Assembly (NCBI GenBank): GCA_021498095.1
Contig: JAIZWK010000001.1
Location: 1,800,001-1,832,000 of the forward strand
Length of the DNA stretch: 32,000 nt
From: Candidatus Harpocratesius repetitus
Lineage (GTDB): Archaea; Asgardarchaeota; Lokiarchaeia; Sigyniarchaeales; Promethearchaeaceae
Direction of reading: 5' to 3'
Made by a program: the position numbers and the translations under genes. The notes beneath the pieces are model-generated. The model was not told the DNA's origin, did no database searches, and saw nothing but the letters and a program-made list of their open reading frames with translations. Shown here piece after piece: positions 18,157 to 26,872 of the stretch. Position 1 is the first letter of the stretch. Each line of letters opens with the position of its first letter.

Positions 18157-21100
18157 ATGAAATTAAAAACAAAAATTAGTTTTTTGGTGTTAACCCTCGT
18201 TCTCCTTGCACCGCTTACTTCATTTTCCGTCACTGCCATGCAGAAATCATGGGGTATTAATGAAGGTGATGATTTTTACTACACCTTCGGAATTGATGGA
18301 AACATTGCACTTCCTGCATCATTGTGGGATTATTTAAGTGAGCAAACTGCAATGGGTTTGAATGATGCGTTTAACGACTCTTACCAAATTGGATGGACAA
18401 CCGGTTACGAAGAAGGCTATGAATTTGGTTGGAGTAATGTAACTGCAGATCCTTGGAATCCTTCTAACCCGTATGAAGGAAATTGGACTGAAAATTCATA
18501 CGAAGATGGTTTAGAAGATGGTTGGTGGAGTGGTTACTGGGATGGTTGGTATGAACTCGATGATGGGAATGCCAAATATGAAGAATATTATAATAATTAT
18601 TGGTATGATGATTATTATGGTAAAGAACCTTTCGCTGGTTTTCCCCAATCAGAATTAGATGCTTTTGATTTAGAACACATCTTTAATGAGTTTTTAGCAA
18701 TGCCTAAGATTTTCAATATGAAAATTCATATTGACCATATGTATGAAGATACATTTGTAAATGACTGGGAATTTCCACAACAAGAGTATTATTACGATGT
18801 GATTAACATCACAGTGGAAATGAAATTAGCTGGTACTCCTTTATATATGTCTTTTGAAGACTTTGTGGTTTATTACTTAAATACCGTTGTCAGAGGATTT
18901 ATCTCATCAGCTTTCACAGGTTCTATTCGAGATAATATAACTGCAGGTCTTGATGATGGATTAGCAGAAATTCAATCAGAAATTGCGTCACCTGACTATG
19001 AACCAGCTTTAATTAATCGTGGAATTGTTTGGGGAACTGGTACAAATATTACCATCCAAACTGAAGAATTTGCTCAACAAATGGCTATTGAAATAATGAC
19101 AGCTTTTGGTTTTAATTTCCGTCAAGAGAAAACTTATGCAAGTGGCTGGTCTGAAGGTTATGAAGAAGGTTATATCGAAGGATGGGCAAATTCAAGTGCA
19201 GAGAATCCCTACGAACCTTGGAGTGAATACGATTCTCAATATCAAAATGGTTTACGAGATGGCTGGAATTCTGGTTATAATGATGGCTATTATGATCTAT
19301 ACTATGGATATGGCATGTATGGACCTAATTACCATAATGAATATAAAGATAATCCAGAATATGATACTTATCTTACAGATTTTCCAGAAGGTTATGGTTA
19401 TTCAGGACTTTTATTCATTCCTCAAGATTTAGATGTTGGTGCCGAGCTTGAAAAAGCAAAAGACTTAGCCAATATTGCTTTAGGACGATCTCATATGATT
19501 TTCCTTGGTGGATTTAATGGATTGGTAGAACAATTAGGTTTAACCTTAATCACTAATGAAAAACAAGTATATGCAGCTGGAGATATCAATGATGCTAAGT
19601 ATATGTTCGGAAAAATCTTTGATTTAGGTGGTATGTTATTCTTAGATCAACTTAATGACGAATTTGATTCACTTGGATTAGGATTCAGTGTTGCAAATGA
19701 TTCATTAGATTTATCTGCATTATTTAACCTGAAATGGGATTCTAATGGAATTTTAGATAATTATCATCTTGAACTTCATATCGGAATGAGTGCTGATGTA
19801 TTGAATCTGATGGGTGGTAACATTATCTTTGATATGTCTCGAGGCGAACAAACGACTTTGAATGCAAACTTTGATCCAAATGTATTACCAACTCAAAAGT
19901 ATTATCCGCCTTCTGTGTTCGGAAATTGGGGTGTAAATGAAGGTGATATTTATGATTTTACTACAAGTTTTGATATGAATATTGAAATGCCTCAATATTT
20001 CTGGGATGAAGTAAATGATGGTTTGTGGGAAATGATGAATGAAAGCTATTATTATGATACAAATATGAGTTTACCAGTTGATGAAACAGTTGATGCAGAG
20101 AATATTTTCCATACTTTTATGACTGAAGTGCCAAATGTAGTAAACCTTCAATCGAAAATTACCGATATGTTAGGTATTGATGAAGTACAAGAACAGTGGG
20201 AAGAACAATGGATGGGCGATCACAATGAATGGGTTTATATTGGAGATGTTGAGCATAAATATGATTTCATTGCACAATACTTCTTAGCTAAAACACCTGA
20301 TGAAAATGTATATGAACCACTTGGAAGACTTTTTAATAATATTTACGAAGGCTTTTATGATGCAGTTGGAGCCAGTTTTCCAGCGACATATGCCAATTGG
20401 GTTCAAGATCACATGGATACAATGTTAGATGAAATGCTTGCTGAAAAGATCCCAGATACTAATGTTTCTGTCTTCGATGTTGTATCTTACTTTGTTCCAA
20501 CTATGTTGAATATTTGGGGAATAAGTTCAAATGATACTAATGTTCCTGAATGGGCAAAATTATTGGGAATTGTCGATGATTTCTATTTCGATTTGCTAGA
20601 TCATGGTGTTGCAACTCCAAGTTTATTCTATGTACCCACTGATTTCAGTTTCCAGAATGTATATGATTCATTCATGACATGGGCAGAATCAATGTCTGGT
20701 GGTGATTTTACTGAAGATTTGTTTATTGAATTCTTAACAAACATGAGTGTTGATGATATCTATGTCAATGGAAAAGAGATCTATTTACGTTGGGATATTG
20801 ACAATGGTATAAATGATATCTTCTTCCAAACTACTGGATTAGATGAAGTTTTACGTTCTTGGATAACTCAAGTTTACAATGATACTGGTGTTCAATTCCT
20901 TGATACTACAGTATTTGGAAAACTATTATTCTGCTGGAGATATGATGATAATGGTGTTTTAGAAAATTTCCACCTTCAAATGGGTGTAGGAATTAAGACT
21001 GTAACTGAGGAATTAAGTTATTCCGTTGAATTTGACATTTCTCAAGGTGAATTTGACGGTAAAGATGGACAATTCTTGGGTGAACCACTCATTCACACAT

Positions 21101-21729
21101 ATCAACATTGGATGTATCCAGATTTGACCCACACCTTAATTGTTCCACCAGGTGCTGGCAATATAATTCATATCGATTCAGATACATATGATGTTCATAT
21201 TACTTTAGAAGTTTCAGCAATTAATGGTGGAACTCGAATTTCAACCCAAATTTGGGGTGATGATCCAAGTACTTCAGATCTGTTTATGTCTGGAACTGGT
21301 GTGTTCTTTGCTATTGATGTGGCAGACCCAAGCAATATTGAACTTCCATTAACTATAACTGTTGATTTACGTCCAGAATTGCTTGCATTAAATGAATCAG
21401 TTTTGCAGGAATTATTCACGGTATACAGTTATGATGAAGTTGCAGATGATTGGGTAGAAGAGAATTTCCCAGTGACATTTGATATGGTTGCTGGAACTGT
21501 TCAAATTGAAGTATCTCATCTCTCTGCTTTTGCATTTGGTGCAAAGGTTTCAAATGGTACTACTGATGATACTGCAACTGATGATACTGCAACTGATGAT
21601 ACTGCAACTGATGATACTGCAACTGATGATACTAATCCATTTGAAAACATTCCTGGATATTCTACCGGAATATTTTTGATTGCAGCAGTTGCTACAATGG
21701 CATTTGTCCTTAAAAAACGAAGACATTAA
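18157..21729 (+). CDS. Large secreted, membrane-anchored acidic surface glycoprotein (S-layer/adhesin-like) with Loki-CTERM/PGF-like sorting signal
   Basis: ATG 18157 after GAGGT. Signal peptide MKLKTKISFLVLTLVLLAPLTSFSVTA. D/E/Y/W-rich, about 16 N-x-S/T sequons counted. Thr/Asp linker, then IPGY, a TM helix and KKRRH. Confidence 0.85.
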   Translation: MKLKTKISFLVLTLVLLAPLTSFSVTAMQKSWGINEGDDFYYTFGIDGNIALPASLWDYLSEQTAMGLNDAFNDSYQIGWTTGYEEGYEFGWSNVTADPWNPSNPYEGNWTENSYEDGLEDGWWSGYWDGWYELDDGNAKYEEYYNNYWYDDYYGKEPFAGFPQSELDAFDLEHIFNEFLAMPKIFNMKIHIDHMYEDTFVNDWEFPQQEYYYDVINITVEMKLAGTPLYMSFEDFVVYYLNTVVRGFISSAFTGSIRDNITAGLDDGLAEIQSEIASPDYEPALINRGIVWGTGTNITIQTEEFAQQMAIEIMTAFGFNFRQEKTYASGWSEGYEEGYIEGWANSSAENPYEPWSEYDSQYQNGLRDGWNSGYNDGYYDLYYGYGMYGPNYHNEYKDNPEYDTYLTDFPEGYGYSGLLFIPQDLDVGAELEKAKDLANIALGRSHMIFLGGFNGLVEQLGLTLITNEKQVYAAGDINDAKYMFGKIFDLGGMLFLDQLNDEFDSLGLGFSVANDSLDLSALFNLKWDSNGILDNYHLELHIGMSADVLNLMGGNIIFDMSRGEQTTLNANFDPNVLPTQKYYPPSVFGNWGVNEGDIYDFTTSFDMNIEMPQYFWDEVNDGLWEMMNESYYYDTNMSLPVDETVDAENIFHTFMTEVPNVVNLQSKITDMLGIDEVQEQWEEQWMGDHNEWVYIGDVEHKYDFIAQYFLAKTPDENVYEPLGRLFNNIYEGFYDAVGASFPATYANWVQDHMDTMLDEMLAEKIPDTNVSVFDVVSYFVPTMLNIWGISSNDTNVPEWAKLLGIVDDFYFDLLDHGVATPSLFYVPTDFSFQNVYDSFMTWAESMSGGDFTEDLFIEFLTNMSVDDIYVNGKEIYLRWDIDNGINDIFFQTTGLDEVLRSWITQVYNDTGVQFLDTTVFGKLLFCWRYDDNGVLENFHLQMGVGIKTVTEELSYSVEFDISQGEFDGKDGQFLGEPLIHTYQHWMYPDLTHTLIVPPGAGNIIHIDSDTYDVHITLEVSAINGGTRISTQIWGDDPSTSDLFMSGTGVFFAIDVADPSNIELPLTITVDLRPELLALNESVLQELFTVYSYDEVADDWVEENFPVTFDMVAGTVQIEVSHLSAFAFGAKVSNGTTDDTATDDTATDDTATDDTATDDTNPFENIPGYSTGIFLIAAVATMAFVLKKRRH
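21562..21633 (+). repeat. 15-bp coding tandem repeat (TDDTA x4 + TDDT)
   Basis: ACTGATGATACTGCA repeated four times perfectly, followed by ACTGATGATACT. Confidence 0.97.
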
Positions 21730-21748
21730 GTAATTTGAATGTAGTAAT

Positions 21749-21774
21749 GGGAGAAATTCACTCCCCTTTTTTTT
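21749..21774 (+). terminator. Hairpin plus T-tract terminator after the surface protein gene
   Basis: GGGAG-AAATTCA-CTCCC followed by C and T8. Confidence 0.6.
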
Positions 21775-21891
21775 CACTTTGTTCTGAGCAAATCTAAGGA
21801 TAGAAATTTTGCCATTCTACATTATATTATAACTAAAATGATTCAATGTGTTATATTTTTAATTAAATTCTATATGTCGATAATAAAATTA

Positions 21892-22182
21892 TTAAAAAGT
21901 AATAGAAAATGTATGATATTTTCGAATATTATCTTCAATTGAGTATTTTACATTTATTACTTGTGCATATTTTGGTCCGTGGTGTATATATTCAAGCAAA
22001 TTCTTTATTTCTGATTCAGAACCTTCTGCATAAACCCGAACTGTGCCGTCTGGTTCATTTTTTACCCAGCCTGTGAGGTTTAATCTCCGTGCATAATCTC
22101 TTGTGCTCCCTCTAAACCAAACACCTTGAACTCTCCCAAATACTTGAGCTTTTAAAATTTTCACAGTAGGTTTTGTTGGCAT
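21892..22182 (-). CDS. acyP: Acylphosphatase
   Basis: VFGRVQGVWFR, GWVKNEPDGTV, GPKYAQV. ATG at 22182. Confidence 0.95.
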   Translation of the reverse strand: MPTKPTVKILKAQVFGRVQGVWFRGSTRDYARRLNLTGWVKNEPDGTVRVYAEGSESEIKNLLEYIHHGPKYAQVINVKYSIEDNIRKYHTFSITF

Positions 22183-22252
22183 TATTATCACTCATATTGT
22201 TATGAAAGGAACAGATTGATATGATTGTATTAATAATTGTTATACCCTGAAT

Positions 22253-23440
22253 TTATAAAAGTATTTTCCATCCAGTTGATTGGGTTATAGTATAGCGATC
22301 TTGAATCTTATTTCTAAGATTTAGAAATTGTTCTTTGAATTCATAATTTTCCAATTTTTGGATTTCTTGTTCTAGAAAATGCATCATCATATATCCTCGA
22401 GATATTATAACTTTTTCCAAAGTAAATAATTCTTTCTGTGCTTGTGCATTCATATTTTGTAGATTATATAATATTTTTACCTTTTCAATTAAAAGATTTA
22501 ATGGAGCATGAATAAATTGAGAAATAATTTGAGAATTCAAGTGTTTTCGCTCCCAAAGTCGAAAAAGATTTGGTATCTGTGTTCTCTTGGATAAACATGC
22601 GAGAATTTCTTCTGTTTCAATATCTTCAAGAATTTCCATTGGTGTTTTTTTCCCAAATGTAATTGGACTTAATTTTTGTAAGGATTCTAGTGCAGCTTCT
22701 TTGATATTGTTGTTTGAATCTAATAGTAAGCATATTAGTAAACGAGTGGTATCTCCATGAGCAAGATTTCCTAATACACGCGCAAGTGCCAGCCTTACAT
22801 TTTGATCAGGATCGTAAACAAAGCCTTCTAATAAGGGAATCACAATTTTCGCAGGAAAGAAACATAATTTATTGATTATGTCTTCACGTTCAAACCATTC
22901 TAAATTTGAAATCTTAATTCGTTCTTTCAAGTTTTGAATTAGCTTCTTTGATTCAGATAAATTTAGTGATGATAAAATAGACGAAACATTGTCTTCTGGA
23001 TAAATTTTTGGAAAAAAAGTATGTAATACTCGAGCACAATTTATTTGAATTGCTTCTTCTTTATGTATTAAACCTTCTAGCAAAATAAAATGAAAATCAT
23101 CCTTATTTTTCTCAATTGTACGAAATGCTCGATAATAGAAAGAAAAAGTATGGTCAATTAGGAAGAAAATTATAAACCATTTTGACAGTTCTTGAAAAGA
23201 GTTTGTAACGAAATTTCTCCAATTATTTTTTGATATTGAAACAAATTTTAATGATGGATGTTTCTTCAAAAGTTTTATAACCTTTCTATGAACTTTGTGG
23301 GAAGGAAAATAAAGTAATAATATTAAATCATCAGTAGCATAATCAGAAGGATTTAGATATTTTAGAGATTGATTCAAAATGAAGATTCCCATTTTTCTAA
23401 GGCGGAAAAATTCTTTTAACTCCATCATTATCATCATCAT
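22253..23440 (-). CDS. HEAT-repeat protein
   Basis: DPDQNVRLALARVLGNL and DSNNNIKEAALESLQKL are HEAT/PBS-like repeats. The start is uncertain because of an ATG cluster. Confidence 0.7.
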   Translation of the reverse strand: MMMIMMELKEFFRLRKMGIFILNQSLKYLNPSDYATDDLILLLYFPSHKVHRKVIKLLKKHPSLKFVSISKNNWRNFVTNSFQELSKWFIIFFLIDHTFSFYYRAFRTIEKNKDDFHFILLEGLIHKEEAIQINCARVLHTFFPKIYPEDNVSSILSSLNLSESKKLIQNLKERIKISNLEWFEREDIINKLCFFPAKIVIPLLEGFVYDPDQNVRLALARVLGNLAHGDTTRLLICLLLDSNNNIKEAALESLQKLSPITFGKKTPMEILEDIETEEILACLSKRTQIPNLFRLWERKHLNSQIISQFIHAPLNLLIEKVKILYNLQNMNAQAQKELFTLEKVIISRGYMMMHFLEQEIQKLENYEFKEQFLNLRNKIQDRYTITQSTGWKILL

Positions 23441-23481
23441 CCTTCATTCAGAATGGAATACAATATTAAACAATGCACATT

Positions 23482-24636
23482 TTATGAAATTCCCAATGAA
23501 TTTCCAATTCCAATAATGATAATGGTGTCTCCTTCGGTTGTTTGATTTCGAATAGTATTCTTGATATTTCTAATTATTTTTGGAATCGAATTCTTTATTT
23601 GATCTGTCATTGGAAAAACCGCTTCTTCTACCGATTCTCTACAGATAATTGCTTCTAGCAGAACTGAGGGATCTTTTAAAGCAATGTATTCTTCAATTAG
23701 AAATTTCTCAATGTTTGCTTTCGTATCTCCTCCAACGACAATTCCCAAACCTTGCGAAATTGTTCCTGATTGTTCCACTTCTAATTTCGCATAAGCATCA
23801 ATAGATAATATCATAGATATTTTAATTTTTTCTTTGCTTAACTTTTCAACAATTTCTCGAAGAATCATACTGGGATGACCAACTTGAGGTTCTGGACCTT
23901 TTGTACGTAAACAAATTAAAGTTCGGCCTTCAAATTGTATTTCTTGCGAAATATATTCATCATTCAGGGTTTTTTCATTAATTTTTTTTTGGTTATGATC
24001 TTTTTTTTCAGAAATTTGATTAACTAATTCTTTAATGGAGAGTGGACCAATTGAATCTCCAATAGGATATCCTAATAATAATGAATCAAGTAAAATTCGG
24101 TATGTACGAGCCTTTAACATTGCTTGGGTTATTTCTGATGCTGTTTGAAGAAGATACCAATAACCATTTGTTTTTTCTCCGATAGTAAGATTGTGTTGGC
24201 CTTTTTTTAAGATAGAATCAATTTCTCGTGTTGCATTTATTAAGGCAATAATGATATATAATGTTGGTTCTGAGATTTTTGGAATAAAACTTTTAATCAT
24301 CTCTTTAAAACGATGTTGTTGCTGAATAAGTAATGATGACCAAAGATTATAGTTTTCAGTATTTAATTCTTCTAATGGGATTGCAAAATAATCTAAAAGT
24401 TCACTAATAAAATTCTTTATATCTGGTTCTGTAACTGTTTCAGACGTTAGTGGTTCAATAAGTCTTATTAACTGTTTAATTCCATACTTTCGCCATTGTT
24501 CTAAATCTTTCAACGATCGACGAATTTGACGTGAAGCACGAAATGCTTGCCAATTTTGACCAAAAAAGAGAATTAAAAGGATTAATATGATGAATAAACT
24601 TGATAGTAATTTATATATTGTCTCGATTATAGTCAT
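23482..24636 (-). CDS. DUF1512 family membrane-anchored protein
   Basis: N-terminal TM helix, GYPIGDSIGPL, SIDAYAKLE..QSG.ISQGLG, and C-terminal IIGIGNSLGI. Confidence 0.75.
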   Translation of the reverse strand: MTIIETIYKLLSSLFIILILLILFFGQNWQAFRASRQIRRSLKDLEQWRKYGIKQLIRLIEPLTSETVTEPDIKNFISELLDYFAIPLEELNTENYNLWSSLLIQQQHRFKEMIKSFIPKISEPTLYIIIALINATREIDSILKKGQHNLTIGEKTNGYWYLLQTASEITQAMLKARTYRILLDSLLLGYPIGDSIGPLSIKELVNQISEKKDHNQKKINEKTLNDEYISQEIQFEGRTLICLRTKGPEPQVGHPSMILREIVEKLSKEKIKISMILSIDAYAKLEVEQSGTISQGLGIVVGGDTKANIEKFLIEEYIALKDPSVLLEAIICRESVEEAVFPMTDQIKNSIPKIIRNIKNTIRNQTTEGDTIIIIGIGNSLGIS

Positions 24637-24748
24637 GATATATTCCCGAACAAAATTTCCTTATTAATAATGCTACCTAATTTTAAGATATCTATTGTTA
24701 AAAAAGTTCACAGCATTTTTTCAATGAAACTATATTTGGGGGAAAAAA

Positions 24749-25240
24749 ATGAAAGAATTTGCTTATAATCATGTAGGTTTAGGTGGTAGTTTTGATCATT
24801 TACATGAAGGGCATAAATATTTATTAAAAACAGCATTTAAACTGGGAAAAATGGTTTATATTGCTTTAACAACTGAAGAATTAATAGGTTCTAAACGTTT
24901 TAAAGATCAATTTCAATCATACTCAGTTAGGTCTGCCCACTTAAGAGCATTTATTACTCAAGAGCTTAGAATATCTACAAATCGATTCTCTATTATTCCA
25001 TTAAAAGATCCTCTTGGACCTGCAATTACATTTAAGGATTTGGAAGTCCATGTAAGTAGTATGGAAACTTATTCCACTGCTATAAAGATAAATGAAATTA
25101 GATTAAAAAATGGATTGACCCCTCTAATTTTGGTAATAATACCATTGATTTGCACTTCTTCTGGAAAGAAAATTAGTTCTACTAAAATTCGTGAAAATCT
25201 TGCACAATTATCCGAACAAAATTTGGAAAAGACTCAATGA
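24749..25240 (+). CDS. coaD: Phosphopantetheine adenylyltransferase, archaeal/eukaryote type
   Basis: GGSFDHLHEGH (HxGH), DPLGPA, VSSMET, INEIR..NGL, KISSTKIR. Confidence 0.9.
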   Translation: MKEFAYNHVGLGGSFDHLHEGHKYLLKTAFKLGKMVYIALTTEELIGSKRFKDQFQSYSVRSAHLRAFITQELRISTNRFSIIPLKDPLGPAITFKDLEVHVSSMETYSTAIKINEIRLKNGLTPLILVIIPLICTSSGKKISSTKIRENLAQLSEQNLEKTQ

Positions 25241-25296
25241 CTTTTGAAAAATTTCATTAACATTGAAGCAAGAATATACCTAACGGAGAGAAGATC

Positions 25297-26871
25297 ATGA
25301 CTCCCAATTCACAAAAACCCACTTTAAAAATGGAGTATCTTCCAGTTCTTCAAGAATTGCAGAAGATAAAGCGTCCTATAGAAGCTAGAGAATTAAGCCG
25401 AAAGCTCCATTTGGGATATGAAAAACTCATGTCTGGAGCAATCTATTCCTTACAAGAACAAAAATTGGCTAAATTCACAGAGCGCGAAGAAGTATTACTA
25501 CATCTTACAGAAGAAGGAAAAGAGTATGTAAAAAAAGGTTTACCTGAAAGACAAATATTTGCTCTCTTCCAAGAAAAAGGTTATAAAGAAATAAAAGTTT
25601 CAGAGTTTGCAAAAAGTGTTGAAATGGAGTTGGGATTTAACAAAAAATTATTCTTTATTGGATTATCACATATGAAAAAAAACAAATGGGTAGTAACTTC
25701 CAAGGCGACAGGAGAAGAAACGATTTTTGTATATAATGAAGATGCACCCAAATCTTCCTTAGAAGAAATATTGCAAATCTATGGTGACAATCAAGTTATC
25801 CCTCTTTCATCTATCTCCAAACCATTACAAGAATATCTTCCACAATTATTAAAGAGAAAATTAATTACTCGAGAAAAAGTAACTATTCGAATGGTTGAAT
25901 TAACTCCTGAAGGGTATATGATAAAACCAAATGAGATCAACCTTATTGAAGAAGAAATCCAAATGATATCTTCTGATATGATTAAATCAGGGGAATGGAA
26001 AGAATCTATTAATAAATTGAAAAAGTATGATGTAGAAATTGAAGGTCCAAAAATTTATGCAGGAAAATATCATCCAATGACGATAATAAAAAATCAAGTT
26101 CGAGAAGTATTTCACTCTATGGGTTTTCAAGAAATTCAAGGACCTATTATTGAATTGGCTTTTTACAATTTTGATTCCCTTTATCAACCTCAAGATCATC
26201 CAGCCAGAGAAATGCATGATACTTTTTACCTCAAGCATCCTAAAACGGGAAAATTACCAAAAAAATCCTATGTTGAAACAATAAGGTCTATTCATGAAAA
26301 TGGCGGTGATACTGGTTCTACCGGGTGGAGATATAAGTGGTCTTCTGAAATTGCTAAAAAATTATTGCTAAGAACTCATACAACTGCAACCACTTTAAGA
26401 TATCTGGCTAAAGTTGGATTAGAGAAACCTCAATTGCCAATTAAAGTATTTTGTATTGATCGGGTTTTCAGAAATGAAAAAGTAGATCGGACCCATCTCG
26501 CAGAATTACAGCAAATAGATGGTATCATAATTGGTGAAAATGTCACACTAAGCGATTTGATTGGACAGATAACCGAATTTTATAAAAGAATGGGTTTCAA
26601 AAAAGTAATCACCAGACCGGGATTCTTTCCCTATACAGAACCTTCCATGGAAGTATCTGTTTATAGCGAAGAATTAGGTGCATGGTTAGAAATGGGAGGT
26701 TCTGGAATATTTAGACCTGAGGTGACCTATGCTTGGGGGATTAAACATCCAGTACGCGTTCTTGCATGGGGTTTGGGTCTTGAACGATTAGCCATGTTGA
26801 AATTAAAGCGGGATGACATTCGTGATTTATATCAGAGTAAAATTTCTTGGTTAAGGGAGGTATCGTATTAA
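25297..26871 (+). CDS. pheS: Phenylalanine-tRNA ligase alpha subunit, archaeal/eukaryote type
   Basis: Long N-terminal extension, GKYHP, NFDSLYQPQDHPAREMHDTFY, LRTHTT, VFRNEKVDRTHLAE, FFPYTEPS, GSGIFRPE, WGLGLER. Confidence 0.97.
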   Translation: MTPNSQKPTLKMEYLPVLQELQKIKRPIEARELSRKLHLGYEKLMSGAIYSLQEQKLAKFTEREEVLLHLTEEGKEYVKKGLPERQIFALFQEKGYKEIKVSEFAKSVEMELGFNKKLFFIGLSHMKKNKWVVTSKATGEETIFVYNEDAPKSSLEEILQIYGDNQVIPLSSISKPLQEYLPQLLKRKLITREKVTIRMVELTPEGYMIKPNEINLIEEEIQMISSDMIKSGEWKESINKLKKYDVEIEGPKIYAGKYHPMTIIKNQVREVFHSMGFQEIQGPIIELAFYNFDSLYQPQDHPAREMHDTFYLKHPKTGKLPKKSYVETIRSIHENGGDTGSTGWRYKWSSEIAKKLLLRTHTTATTLRYLAKVGLEKPQLPIKVFCIDRVFRNEKVDRTHLAELQQIDGIIIGENVTLSDLIGQITEFYKRMGFKKVITRPGFFPYTEPSMEVSVYSEELGAWLEMGGSGIFRPEVTYAWGIKHPVRVLAWGLGLERLAMLKLKRDDIRDLYQSKISWLREVSY

Positions 26872-26872
26872 A

